DNA of 64,000 bases from Felis catus (Eukaryota). The position numbers and the translations under genes are program-made. Location of the stretch: NCBI RefSeq assembly GCF_018350175.1, contig NC_058369.1, forward strand, positions 21,330,001 to 21,394,000. Direction: 5' to 3'. The notes beneath the pieces are model-generated. The model had not been told where the DNA came from, made no database searches, and saw nothing but the letters and a program-made list of their open reading frames with translations. Positions 37,456 through 51,100 of the stretch are shown in pieces. Position 1 is the stretch's first letter; each line of letters opens with the position of its first letter.

Positions 37456-39913
37456 TCTATACTCAAAACAACAGGCTGATGGCTTGCTCGCTCCTAAAAC
37501 GCCTGTAGTTACTTGGTCACACCTGCCCTTGAGAAAGCTTCCTGGAAAATGACTCGGATTCCCTAGATGTCTTTCTTAGTCTTCTTCCATCCATCTTCCC
37601 CTTTGCCCCTCTGGTGAATCCTCTCCTTTCTTGGTTTCTAGAACTTTCCTGGTTCTCCTGTCTACTCTTGTTCTCTTTTGACTTCTCATGATCCCCTCAG
37701 GTTTGAGGCTCTCCCAGGGTTCTCTACTCTTCTCTCTGCCTTTTACCTTCTCCAACTTGCTCTTCATCAAATCTATCATTCACTCTACAGACATTTAGTA
37801 TGAGCCTTCATGGTACAAGACTAGTGCCCTGCCCTGGAGGCACGAAGGGAACAAGACAGACAAAGCCCTGCCCCTGTGGGACTTAGGGTTGAAGAGAGAG
37901 ATACTTGCCAACTGAGGTCAGTGCCATACTGAAAGGTCACCAGGCCCAGGCTGCCCATCCAGGGGAGGTTGTCCCAAGCAATCATTGCTTGAACTGAAGT
38001 TTGAAGGAAAAAAATTTTCAGGCAAAGGGAGCGCCATATGCTAAGGTCCAGTGGACTTATTTTGTGACTTCACCTCCTTGCTGCAGTGGGAACTCTCTGA
38101 ACATTGGGCCAGCCCTGCCTGCTTCGAGACTCCAAACCCAGCAGTTGACGTGGGGACGGCACACAGTAGATATGAGTGGATGAAATGGGGGCTGATGAAT
38201 GAACAAGTGAAAAAGCACCCGCCTACACAGTCTGGGAAAAAGTCTCTATGATTGAAGCTGAAAGACCCTGGGGGCCCATGGCTGGGTGAGATGGAGGGGT
38301 CAGTAGGGGCCAGACCACTCAGGACACAGAAGTGTATATGATGAGGACAGGTCTCAAGCAGATCCACATTTTTAAATGATGACTCTACTTGCTGCCAGAG
38401 AGTAGACTGTAGGAGTAGAGTGGAAATGGGGGGGCGGGCAGCCATGTAGGTGAGAGATGAGGGTGGCTTGGACTCGGTGGTGACTGGGGACTTAGAGAGA
38501 AGTAAATGGATTAGAAAGATAGAGAGTCTGAGGTGAGGGATGAGGGGTGGGGAGTCTAGGGAAGGAAGCCAGCCAGAATACCACCCAGCTCTCTGGCTTG
38601 GATGCCTGGATGGATGGCGGTGGCCTTCACTGGGGTGGACAACAAGAAAGGAAGACCAGGCTTGGTGGTGGAATACAGGAGGGGGAAAGAAAGTCATGAG
38701 TTCAGTTGGGATATATCAGGTGGAGGGGCTCTGAGCAAATCAGGCAGGCAGTTGGCCGTGTGGGTGGAGCTCAGAGCAGGTCTGAGGTGTCCTGTGTCCT
38801 ATGTGTCATCCCTTTGCACCAGCAGCACAAACCCCCTCTCAAGCCCCCAGGCTCAATCCTCAGCAACCTCACCTGCTTTCCGTCCACCCATCTCCCACCT
38901 TCCACATCCACAGGGTGAGTCAACCTATCCTCTTCTTCGGTAACATGGGGAGAATCACAGCATCCATCATCCTCGGTACATGAGATAGGACACAAATGCT
39001 GAGAAGCGGGCCAGGTGCTAGTTGCTGTTCTCCTTCCCTTCCGGCCACATAAATGTATTTCTCAAACCTTCTAGGGACCAAGCTTGGTGCTGGTCATCTC
39101 CCAACAGTCCAGTCTTGATCTCACCACACCCCTGTGTAGAATATCTGTGGGGTTTTCCAAAAAGACTGGCCACTTCCAGGCCAGGCTGGTCCCAAACCAC
39201 TTCTCAGCCTCCTTCCCTGCCCTCTTCATCAGGTCCTGCTTCCATCGGGTAGACAACTGCACCTCTCCCAAGCACGCGTCACACCTACTCATCTACTTTC
39301 CCTCCCTCTCCTTTCTCCTTCCCCTGCCCAAGGGCTGCCCTGCTTCCCAGGCACCTCCTCTAGGAGCCTTCCCCGAAGCCTATGGGAGTGAGCTGCACCA
39401 CTTCCAGATCACTCCAGCCCCTTCGTGCTCCTCTTAGGTTCTGACACTCGCTGGGCTTCCTTTGAGTCATCAGGCTCCTTTTCCCAACACATCAGCTCAC
39501 TGAACACCTCGAGGCACTTGAGTTCATCACTGTGGCGTGCTGGTGCCTGGCACCGTGCCCAACCCACCGTGGGGCTCGTTTGATACAGGTGCAGGAAGTC
39601 AACACAGCCTCCAATGCAGTTTCATGTTGATCCACCTCATCTCCCACAAAGGCCAGAAAACAGGCCAGAAGGTCATTCTGGCCTGGGGATGATAAGCCTT
39701 TTCCCAGAATCTGCTCTGTGAGACAAAGTCCGAGACAAGCAAACAGAGATCAAAGTGGCCTCTGGGCCCCCTCACCTTATCAGGGTCACAGCAGCCAGCC
39801 CATCCCACCCAGGGCCATGGAGTGGATTGACCGGGACCACATCTACCTTGCGTGCTGTGGCTTGTGGGAGACGCCGAGGGTTTGGGCATAAAAATTAAGA
39901 AATTGAAGGTCCA

Positions 39914-40126
39914 GGGGCGCCTGGGTGGGTCAGTCGGTTGAACGTCCGGCTTGGGCTCAGGTCATGATCTCACAGTTTGTGGGTTCGAGCCCCACATCGG
40001 GCTCTGTGCTGACAGCTCAGAGCCTGGAGCCTATTTCAAATTCTGTGTCTCCCTCTCTCTCTGCTCCTCCCCTGCTGCTCATGCTCTGTCTCTCTCTCTC
40101 TCTCTCTCTCAAAAATAAATAAGCAG

Positions 40127-40153
<27 letters not shown>
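39914..40153 (+). mobile_element. Can-SINE
   Basis: TSD AAGAAATTGAAGGTCCA, long poly(A). Confidence 0.95.
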
Positions 40154-40157
<4 letters not shown>

Positions 40158-40738
40158 ATTGAAGGTCCAAAGCTGTCCCTGGGGTTTTCAACTCTACTTC
40201 TCCTTTCTTCCTAATAATGCAGAGGGCATTTCTGTCATTATGTGATAGTCTTGGGCTTTGGAGTCTGAAAGATCTGGGTTTGAATACCTGTCTGTCTCCT
40301 GCTGCAGGACCAATGTCCCGGGGGCAGGGCCACCATGAGGATAAAATAAGAGGATAAAAGGCTCAGATCAAAAGGCATACTCAGTCCTCCATCATGAACA
40401 CATAGTATTTACCTTCATCTCCCCTCACCTGCCAGGGGGAGGAAAGGTGAGGCTTCCTTCTGCTCCTCTTTCCAAATCTGGACGAGAAGGTCCAGAGGAA
40501 TGAAGCAACTGTCCTAAAGCATGGGCCCCCCACTACACATCCCCAGGACTGCCCAGCTTGCCTCTGGCAGGACGGACGCTAGGGTTGGCGCTGTTGGAGA
40601 TGTGGGCGTGGGCAGACAGCGTCTACACTGCACCATCTGCCACCCGGGCCAGAGTGTGACTGTGCAAAGTTTGTTTAGTTAAAGAATTTTGAAAGTAACC
40701 CCTAACACAGTTCAGAAGTCCACTTTTAACTGTGGCTT

Positions 40739-40970
40739 TTTTTTTTTTAATTTTTTTTTCTTTTTCAACGTTTTTATTTATTTTTGGGACAGAGAGAGAC
40801 AAAGCATGAACAGGGGAGGGGCAGAGAGAGAGGGAGACACAGAATAGGAAACAGGCTCCAGGCTCCAAGCCATCAGCCCAGAGCCTGACGCGGGGCTCGA
40901 ACTCACGGACCTCGAGATCGTGACCTGGCTGAAGTCGGACGCTTAACCGACTGCGCCACCCAGGCGCCCC
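40739..40970 (-). mobile_element. Young Can-SINE in the ITIH1 promoter region
   Basis: TSD TTAACTGTGGCTT at 40726-40738 and 40971-40983. Confidence 0.95.
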
Positions 40971-41232
40971 TTAACTGTGGCTTCTTGATGCGGGTCGCCA
41001 TGTCGCTGGTGTCGCCTGAGCCAGACCCAGGATGAGATGAGCGCGCGGGGTCTTTGCCACTCGTGGCAGCAGAGCGCAGCTCTGTAGGAAGGACATGGTC
41101 TGAGTCTGGTCGGGAGTTCACGGGGCCGGGGATCCCCCCAAGGAGAAAGACTTCACTGCCAAATGTTGATCCCTCCAAGTTATAATATTTGCCTTCGCCT
41201 TGTCTAATGTTTAATCCATGTTTATCCGGCAC

Positions 41233-41245
41233 CTTATTGATTAAC
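41233..41245. promoter_or_regulatory. HNF1-like site in the ITIH1 proximal promoter
   Basis: CTTATTGATTAAC (reverse GTTAATCAATAAG) resembles GTTAATNATTAAC, 40 nt before the ATG of a liver-expressed gene family. Confidence 0.5.
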
Positions 41246-41285
41246 GGTCTGAGGGAAGTGACAGGGCAGCAGGAACCTTGAGACC

Positions 41286-41399
41286 ATGGACGGCACCATG
41301 GGGCTGCGGGTGCTACTGTGCGTGTGCCTGGCCTCGCTCCTCATCCTGCAGGCCATGCCCACTCAGGCTTCACCCCCAGACAGGCCCAAAGTCAGCAAG
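41286..41399 (+). CDS. ITIH1: ITIH1 exon 1
   Basis: accATGG Kozak context; signal peptide; donor GTATGT. Confidence 0.92.
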
Positions 41400-44300
41400 G
41401 TATGTGGGTAAACCCTCAGGCCAGAAACAGGCCGCTGGGCCAGAGTGGGCCCGGGAGGGACACAAGACCCTTACCCCGGGGGCCAGGGCCACCCCACCCA
41501 CCTCCACCACCACTGACTGGAGAGGTGATGTCCCAGCAGCTAAGGGGAGGTGAGGCCAAGGAGCGGAGGACACAAGTAGTGCCCCGCTCCCACCCCTTCG
41601 CAGATAGGCTATGGTCCCCCGCGCATTCCCACTCACACTTGTCCCGGTTTTGTTTTACAGAAGCAACAGACTGTGGACACAGTGAGTGAGAGTCCCTGCG
41701 AAGGGGTCTGTGGTGGGGCCATACCGCAGCCTGTTTTCCCTCGTGCTTCAGGGGGCACCCTGGGCAGAGGGACTCCATTTCCCAGAAATGGGGCCTTTCA
41801 CGCCCCACTGCGGGGTCTCTGGCAGAGAGGACAGAAGGGTCTTCCCAGGAGATCTGGTCTGTTCTCTGGGCACCCGGCGCCTGTGCTGGGTGTCGAGCCC
41901 CTGCACAACACGGGAGGCCTCTCACTGGCTCAGGGCCCCCATCCCCCATCACAGCCACAGCCCCTCACATCTCACTCTAGAGTGTCGACGGCGTGACCAT
42001 CCGGAGTTTGAAAGTCAACTGCAAAGTCACCTCTCGCTTCGCCCACTACGTTATCACCAGCCAAGTGGTCAACAATGCCGATGAAGCCAAGGAAGTGGCC
42101 TTCGATGTGGAAATCCCCAAGACGGCCTTCATCAGTGACTTTGCCATGTGCGTGCCCTGGCTGACTCCCACACCCGAGCTGTCCATTCAACAGCCCCAGC
42201 CCCAAACCATAGCTCAGGGTGGCCAGATGGTGCAGACCATCTCCTCTGTCCCAAAGGGCCACAGGCCAGCTCCGGCACTGAGGGGATGAGCAATCCCCTT
42301 TAGGTCTGTTCTGGGCTCCCATCTTGGAGGGCGACGTGGAGCCTCTGACGGTATGTCTTCAGCATAGGGCCCAGGGAGCAAAAGCAGGCACCCGAGGCTT
42401 CCTGTTGGATTCTGTCGCTGTGGCTGTTCACTTCACTGCCGTGGGGCCTCTGAACAACTCTGCAGGCAGTGGGAGGAGGCAGGAGATGCCTCCCATGACA
42501 GGGCCTTCTCAGGGTCTAGGCCAGGAGCACCTCCAAGCCGCAGGACTGAGTGGGTGGGGGCGGGGGCACCCCCCCCTGAGGGCTTCTTCCTCCCTACAGC
42601 ACAGCAGATGGAAAAGCATTCATTGGGGACATAAAGGACAAAGTGACTGCGTGGAAGCAGTACCGGAAAGCGGCCGTCTCAGGAGAGAATGCCGGCCTTG
42701 TCAGGTGAGTGTGGCCTTGCTGCCCCAACCTCTGGTGCTGTCCTCCCCAGCCTTGGGCGAGAGCAGCCCCAGGCTGACGGGAAGTGAGCAAACTGCCCAA
42801 ACCTAGATGCTGGCACAGGTGCACTGGACAAGGCTGGCGTTGACCCGCCCACCTTCCCAGACCAGCCTCTGAGAGAAGGGGCCCTGTCCTTGAGCCCTGA
42901 CCCTGGCCAGCCAGCTAAGACAAGGGTGAAGGGCAAGGAAACCTGGGAACAGCATGAATGTAAGAGAAGTTGATTCTAGGGCCATGCTTTAGGTGACAAG
43001 AACCCACATGTCACTCACCATTTGTCTGTGTGTCGTGGCTGCTGGTGGTATGTGCAGGGCCTCGGGGAGAACGATGGAACAATTCACCATCCACCTCACC
43101 ATCGGTCCCCGGAGCAAGGCCACCTTCCGGCTGACCTACGAGGAGGTGCTGAAGCGAAGACTTACACAGTACAACATTGACATCAAAGTCAAGCCCAAGC
43201 AGCTGGTGCACCATTTTGAGGTAGATTGCGGGTGGCTGTATGCAGGGGAGCCATATCTGGGGCAGGGCTCCCGACTCTCTGTCGCCATGGCTCTGAGGAC
43301 TGGCTCCGGGCCCACCGTGTGCCATGCCAGGCCTGAGCACACAGGAAAGGGACTGACTCCTTGGGCGGGTTCTAGTCGGTTCTTCATGGGCAGGGAGCTA
43401 CCTGAACCCTCCAGTCTCCTCTTCCTCTCTGAGCCTCAGTTTGCTCATCTGTTAAATGGGGCTTCCTGTGTGTCCCAGAGTTGCCACAAGGATCACGACA
43501 GATATTAAATATCCACGTAGTCGGTAGGCTAGGAAGTCCCGGGAAGACCGAGGGGCTGTGACTGTCACTGGCACCTCAGTGGCGGGCGAGTTGAGGGACC
43601 CAGGCATGCACACCTTCATTTGGCCAATATTTCTGGAGTGCGTAAACATGCCAGGCCCTGTGCTGAGGGCTGGGTGGGTGTGGCACACAGTAGGTGGCCA
43701 GGACACGGGTTGGCTCTTGGCTGAGACTTGATGGTGGCCCGAATGGGAGCCTGGCTGCTTCAATGATGCAGATCGACGTGGACATCTTTGAGCCCCAGGG
43801 GATCAGCAAGCTGGATGCCCAGGCGTCCTTCCTCCCCAAGGAACTGGCAAGCCAACTTATCAAGAAATCCTTCTCGGGAAAAAAGGTGTGTGGGCTGGCT
43901 GGGGGTGGTGGTGGGCCCCCGGGACTTCTCAGCCTGGTCCAACCCCTCACGAAGTGTCCAGGCTTGGCCCGAGAACCAGGCAGGGGCTGCAAGCCACCCT
44001 AGGGGTGAGGAAGGTAGGTGTTGTGTGGTTGATATCCCAGAGAACTCGGCACTCCTGGTTCTCAGAGCGACTTAGCCAAATCCTGATGCTGAGGCTGGGG
44101 AAGGCGTCCCCTCAGCAGGGGCAAGCCCCTGGTTGCATGGTCTGGGGTGAGCTGCTGACTTGCTTGAGCCTCGGTTTCCTCTTTGCCCGTGTCGCATGCA
44201 TGGGTAAAGCATTCAGGGAAGCACAGGGCACATGAGGAAATCCCAGATGTTGTTGTAGTTAGGGGTCCAAGCTCCAGGCCTCTAGGAAACAGAACTAATT

Positions 44301-45133
44301 TGGGAAGGCCTTTGGGCTACCCCGCCACTTACCCCTTGTACTCACTTCCCATTGGCAGGAATCCCCAAAGTCTCCTGCTTGCCCCTTCCCAGGTCCTGGA
44401 GGGCTGTGGCATCTGGGTGGGTGACACTCAGCCTTCTAACTTGCCCTCAACTGGAGCCAGGAACAAGCCCTTTAGTCCCCACCTACCTTTGGTAGTGACC
44501 CCACAATAATTCACATAAAGGGAATGTTTCTTACGGTTTTGGAGGGGTTCTTTTTTAAACAAAATATGATACCCCAGAGTGTTACCCAACATGCTTGCTT
44601 TTAGTAGGAGACCAAGAAGTGGGTCTGTGTCTTCCTAACAATCCATTTCAAGTTTTGTGGGGGCTTTTTGATAAGTATATCTTACTTCTATAACAAACAA
44701 AAAGTAAAAATTAAAAAGTATTTTAAGAAAAAGTGGAAAGTTACAGAAGTATAGAAAAGTATTGAGTGAAAACCATCCCTAATTTCCCTAAGCACCAACA
44801 CAAAGTCAAACCAGACCTTAGCCTCTGCCCTGTGTCCTTCCTCCCAGCTTCTGCTCTTTGTCTACCTGGTGGCGGGGGGGGGGGGGGGGGGAGGTGGTGG
44901 TCCTGTTTTCCAGCACAGTATTATAGTCTTGCTTTTGTACTCCACAGTTTGCGTTAACTAATGTCTCTCTACTGCTATTATCTTGTACCCAAAGTGGTGA
45001 TGCTTATGGTAGAAAAGCCCAATGATTCAGAAGCGTATAAGCAAAGAAACAGATCTTCTCTCCTACCACCTTATAGGTGTGTGCTCCCAGCAACTGGGTG
45101 GAGGGCCCACCAGATTCATTTCTATGTCCATGC

Positions 45134-45170
<37 letters not shown>

Positions 45171-48100
45171 CTTATGTTGCGTTTGCGAACACCCTGGCGG
45201 CTGCTGCACAAGCCAGTAATGCCTCACACCCTCTGTGGTTCCAGGGTCATGTGCTTTTCCGCCCTACTGTGGGTCAGCAGCAATCCTGCCCCACGTGCTC
45301 TACATCCTTGATGAATGGAGACTTCAAGGTGACCTATGATGTCAATCGAGACAAACTCTGTGACCTCCTGGTGAGCCTGAAGCTTCTGGCCTGAGACTCA
45401 GAGGGCAGGCATGCATGCTTGTGACAGGGGCCTCACTTGTTCCTTTGTATTGTAGGTTGCCAATAACCACTTTGCCCACTTCTTTGCCCCCCAAAACCTG
45501 ACGAACCTGAACAAGAACTTGGTTTTTGTGATTGACATTAGCACCTCTATGGAAGGCCAGAAAGTGAAGCAGGTAAACTGTGGCTTTAAACAGTTCACCC
45601 AGCAGAGGCTTCTTCAGCCTTGGCACGCACCCCATGGCGTTGTTGCCGGGGTCTGGGTTTGGGATTCCTGCTCCCAGTCGGAGGTGGGCGATCTGACAGG
45701 AAATCCCGCCCCTCACCCCCCACTCCCCCCCCCCCCCCAGGGCAGGCTCTGGCATCAGCCACTTCCTTGCTGTGCAACTGTGGCAAGTGCATTCACTTCT
45801 CCTCAGTAGCAAAATGAGAATGATAGCAATGCCCACGAGGTCATGAATCCGGCCATGGGGGCGCTTGGAAGATGATAGCTGTCTGCTGAATGTGCCAGGG
45901 ACAAGCATGGCTGTCCACGACGAGGAGTCTCGCAGCAGGGCACAGCTCACTGAGTGCCCTGCCCATGGTGCAGTGAGACCATGGCTGAGTGTCAGAAACT
46001 GAGCCCCCTGTGGTCCTCTTTCTTGATCCTGCCCCGTTCGAGCTCCTGGTCCTTTCGTCTTCCCATGCTACGTCCCTTGTCTTCTCCATCCCCTCATCCA
46101 CCCCCAGGGGTCCATAGGACACTCGTCTTCCGGTGCCACCTGGTTGGCCTGTCCATCCCTCCCACTTGTCCGCTGTGTACCTCTGCCCTGTGGATCTCTC
46201 AAAGGGGCATCTGGAGTTGACAGGAGGCACTCTCTAGGGGCCATGTCCCTCTGATGACTGTCCTGTCCTTCCAGACCAAGGAGGCACTCCTTAAAATCCT
46301 GGGGGACATGCGGCCAGGGGACTATTTCGACCTGGTCCTCTTTGGGTCTGAAGTGCAGTCATGGAGGGGCTCGTTGGTGCCAGCATCTGCCGCCAATGTG
46401 CGAGCGGCTCAAGACTTTGTGCGGCGCTTCCACCTGGCTGGGGGTAAGGGCAGGGGTCTTGGGCCACCTTGGTGTCACTTCTGTCCCCTTGGAATGAGGT
46501 CATACACTGGCCTACTTTCCTTCCTTTGCAGCCACAAACCTGAATGGAGGTTTGCTCCGGGGAATTGAGATCTTGAACCAAGCTCATGGGAGCGTCCCAG
46601 AACTCAGCAACCATGCCTCAGTTCTCATCATGTTGACAGATGGGGAGCCCACAGAGGGTAAGCACCTCAAGGGCTGTGTTGGGAGGCGGCGATCTCTTTG
46701 CGACCGGAGGCGTTCAAGCTGAGTTTGGAAACCCAACCACTGGAGGTGCTATTGGGGGGCAGAAAGGCTCCAGGGAAAATCAAGCCCTGGTCTAAAGACA
46801 GAGTTCAGACTGTAATGTCTGCAGGAGAGAGAAGGCATACTTCTATGCTGAGCTGGGAAACTGGGGAAGTACCTACATGACCCAAGGTTGCACAGACCCC
46901 AGGACGATAGGCAGGATTCCTAGGTTGAATTTAACGAACTATGTATTCAGCACCAACTGTGTGCCAAGCATAGCGCTAGGGACCAAGAAGAAATACCAAG
47001 AGAACAAGATTTGTCTCTGTGCTTAAGGAGCACAGGGTTCACTGGGGGAGGCTGACCCAGGAACAGAAGCTGTGCTGAGGGCCCTGAAAGAACAGGGTGC
47101 CAGGAGGCTGCAGGACTGTAGATAAGGGGCATCTGGCCCAGGCAGGGTCCCAGGAAGCCTTCTGGAGGAGGTGACCCATGAGCTTGGGCTGGAAGGAGGA
47201 GAGGAGGAGCAGGAAGGGATCCCTGGCAGAGGGAGAAGCTTGAGGGAAAAAAAAAAAGTTTGTGCGATGGCGGGGCCTGCCTAAGAACAACATGTGCAGA
47301 ATAGGTGAAACTAGGTTTGGGAAGTTCAATGTGGTCTCACGGGCCATGGCAATGACCCATGGGAGGGTTTAGAGCAGAATCTGGTCTGCTTATGATAGGT
47401 CCATATAGTTGGGCAAGTCTTTGAGAGGCTGTCAGGATCTGTTATAGTCGTTGGGAGCCAGTGGGAGACATTGCCTCAAGAGGCTGGTGGGGACTGGAGA
47501 TGGGGGGGGGGGGGAGTCTGAGATAGGAGGCTTGGCCCCCAGGGAGTGTGCCCCAAAGGTCCATTGTGCCCTACATGCCTGTGTTTGGTATCCTGTCACT
47601 GCCTGGGTGTGTGGCTGCAGGGGTGACAGACCGTTCCCAAATCCTCAAGAACGTCCGCAACGCCATCGGGGGCAGGTTCCCACTCTACAACTTGGGCTTT
47701 GGCCACAACGTGGACTGGAACTTCCTGGAGGTCATGTCCATGGAGAACAACGGACGGGCTCAGAGAATTTACGAGGACCATGACGCCACCCAGCAGCTGC
47801 AGGTCTCCTCCTACCCCCTCTGCCCCCCAACATACCACCAATGGAATGCCATGGGGGAGCCCGGTCTTAGCAGTCTTTCGCCCATCCATCCAGAGAAGCA
47901 GACAAAATTCTGGAATGTGGTTAGAATCAGCTGCATGACCTCAAACCAGTTACTTAACCCGTATGAACCTGCAATTCCCTGTATAAAATGGGGGTCCCAA
48001 TACTCTACTTTGTGAGTGAGTCTCCCCATTGGGTGCCCCAGGTGACCCACCAGCTCTGAGGCTGTGCTCCCCCGCCCCACCCCTGCAGGGTTTCTACGAC

Positions 48101-51100
48101 CAGGTAGCGAACCCCCTACTGGTGGATGTGGAGTTGCTCTATCCCCAGGACACCGTCTCAGCTCTGACCCAGCACCGCCATAAACAGTACTACGAAGGCT
48201 CGGAGATCATGGTGGCTGGGCGCATCGCTGACCACAAATCGAGCAGTTTCAAAGCTGATGTGCTGGCCCGTGGGGTAAACACTGGGGCTGCGGAGGGTGG
48301 AGAGGTCAGGCAGCACCCAGAGGCTCCAAATCCACACTCGTTCTCCACCCGTCCCCGCTGTCCCCAGGCTTCTCTTTCCCCAGAGCAGTGCCCCCACCTC
48401 TGCACCATGCCACACATACCCCAGGCCAGAACATTCCTCCACGCAGGCATCCAGGGGATGGGCTGGGATGGAACCGACATAGCCTTGATTATTTGTAGTC
48501 CCTTGGCCCAAAACGGATCGCCTGTTATTCCTTACATCGTTCTCCGCAAAGGCTTGAGAGAGCAAGAGGCCAGCCTCTTCCGTTTCACTTGACAGTCTTT
48601 TCCTGAACACCCAGATTGGCGCCACGGTGCAAGTGCATGTGTGCGTGTGCATGCTGTGGGGGTCACAGGTGTGTGAGACATGGACCCTGTCCTGCTGGGG
48701 GTGGCTTCAAGCCCTGCTGTGTGGTCAAGCGTTCAGAACGGGGTCTTTGGGTGAGGAAAGCTGCGCCGGACCCTGGCTCCGCCCTGACCGGCTGGGTGAC
48801 CTTGAGCAAATGGGTCCAGCTCTCCAGGCCTCAGTTTCTTTTTCTGTACCGTGGGGTGATACTGCCTTGGAGAGTTGTGTGGATTAAGTGAAATAATCTA
48901 TGTAATATGCTTGCGCGGTGCCTGGGGCACGGGATTCCCTCAGGAAGTGAAGTCCCACTATGGTAGCTGGGGACAGAACAGCATTTGCAGGTGGGGCCGC
49001 GGTGGGCATTTGAAGGAGGGGACACGGTGGAAACGGCTAGATGGTGGAAGTAGCTGGATGCTTGCTGGCACGTCCCAGAGAGAGTAACTTCAGGAGGCCA
49101 GGGTCTGGTCCTCCCATTCCTGGGGTCCCCAGGGCCGAGGCCCCCCTGGCTCACTGACGGTGCTCAGCAAGCGTGTGCGGGATGAAGGGATGAGTGAGCG
49201 TTAGGACCGCAGCTCGGGGAAGGGCAGTGCTGAGAAAGAATCGCAGAGCCCGGATGTGGGGGGAGGGGGGGGGGGTCCCGGGCCCTCCGCCACCAGCCAG
49301 CGGTCGTGCCCTTCGCGGCGCCCGGCCCCTCTCCCCGTGACCACCCTCAGGAGGGCCGAGAATTCAAGGCGACCTGCCTGGTGGATGAAGAGGAGATGAA
49401 GAAGCTGCTCCAGGAGCGGGGCCACGTGCTGGAGAACCACGTTGAACGGCTCTGGGCCTACCTCACCATCCAGGAGCTGCTGGCCAAGCGGTACGACCCC
49501 TGCGGCGGGGGTGGACGCCAGGGCCTCTGGAACAGTGAGGTGAACGGAGAAGGGGTGCTTCTGGGCCTTCGAGGTTGGGAGCGGGTCAGGCTGACTGGCG
49601 TTGGGCTTCGCTCACTGAGTTCGTACCGACCAGTCGACAGCGTGGGCGGGACCCGGTTTGCCTCCGCTGAGCTGCCGGGCAGGGAGAGGCTGCCCTTTAC
49701 TGAGGGGGCCGCCGCGTCCAGACACGCTTGGGCAATCCTCACGGGCTGCCGGGGAATTTCCTCATTATTCCCATTTCGCAGAGGAGCGAGCGGAGGCTCA
49801 GAGAAGTTAGACCGCTCCCCAGAATCTCCCCGCTGTTAAATTCTCTGCGTATTTCTGAGGCGCGTCCCCCAACCCTGCTGAATCGCCAGGTTTTCCAGGT
49901 GGGAGGGCTTTAAATCACGAGGCCCTTGAAGGCGGCCACGGAACAGGGGCACTGCAGGTGCCTGATTCGTGTTTGCTGAATGAGTGAGTGAGTGACCAAA
50001 TGAGCAAAAGGGCCGGGGAGTTCAAGTCCGTTGTCATCCAGGCCGTGGGGCTTGGAGCCGGTGTGTGTCTTGTAGGATGAAGTTGGAGGGGAAGGAGAAG
50101 GCCACCGCGACGGCCAAGGCCCTGCAGATGTCGCTGGCCTACCAGTTTGTGACCCCACTGACCTCCATGACCATCAGAGGCATGACGGACGAGGATGGCC
50201 TGGAGCCCATCATTGACAAGCCCCCCGAGGGTAGGGGCGCTGCAAAGGGGGAGGCTGCGGGTCTGCGGAGGCTTCTGAGGGCCAAAAACTTCCTGGGTTT
50301 TGATTCTCTTCCCTTTCTCTCCCTTCCAGATTCTCTGCCCTTGGGTGAGTTTTTCAATCACGTTGGTTTCCAGGAGGGGCTCCTGGGGTCAGGCAAGCAG
50401 CTGGTGCCCCAGCCCCCAGGGGCGTATCCCCCTGCTCCGCATCCTCCAGCCTTTCACCACAAACCAGCAGTTGCCCCCTGCATGCCTGGGGAGCCCTTGT
50501 GCAGCCTCCTCCATCCGGGCCTCCATGTGAGCCTGTGTCTGCCCAGCGGCCAGGGTGGGGGTGCCCAGGGAGGCCTTCGAGCCCAGGCCTGCCTGGCCTT
50601 TGGGCCCCAGATGCCCTTGGGGAACGAGGCGTGTACCTTTCAGGTAGGGCGCTGAGGGTGATGCTGTCCTCTCTCGCTGTCCTCCACAGAGATGCTGGGA
50701 CACAGAAAGAGTAAGTGGCGGCATCCCCCGGACATACATCTCTACCTCTCTCCTCCTTGTGCCGTTGTCCCTCAGGCGGTACGTTCAGTCCTGAGCGAAG
50801 CTCCTATTTGCCTGAGGAGGAAACAACAGCCGGTCTGAGGCTTCCTCACTGACTCTCCCTGGGATCCTCAGAACTGCCTCCTGACTGTCCCTGGCCTCCC
50901 CTTATGCCAGCAGCTCCATCGGGCCCCCATGGAAGGAGGCAGACCGGGGGCCAGCACACCAGGAGGCATCAGGGGCTCGGGGTCGCTCCTGTGGCTTCAG
51001 GCCGGCCACCTGGGTGGAGGGGTCTGGGGAAAGGAGCCAGCAGCCCCAGGGAAGCGGGGTGCCGTCCTCCTAACTGCCATTCATTCCCCGCCAGCGTTCA

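Noticed and set aside
38041..38697. 218-aa minus-strand ORF and other long ORFs in the GC-rich half (45342-45950, 56294-56863, 62338-62910)
   Set aside because: No recognisable domains; they overlap old L2-like repeats or real exons in other frames, and long chance ORFs are expected in GC-rich DNA.
44874..44891. Poly-G/C runs in ITIH1 introns (also near 45726 and 47502)
   Set aside because: Homopolymer lengths are error-prone and no function can be supported.
45534..45548. ITIH1 MIDAS reads DISTS instead of DISGS
   Set aside because: The DxSxS consensus is intact.
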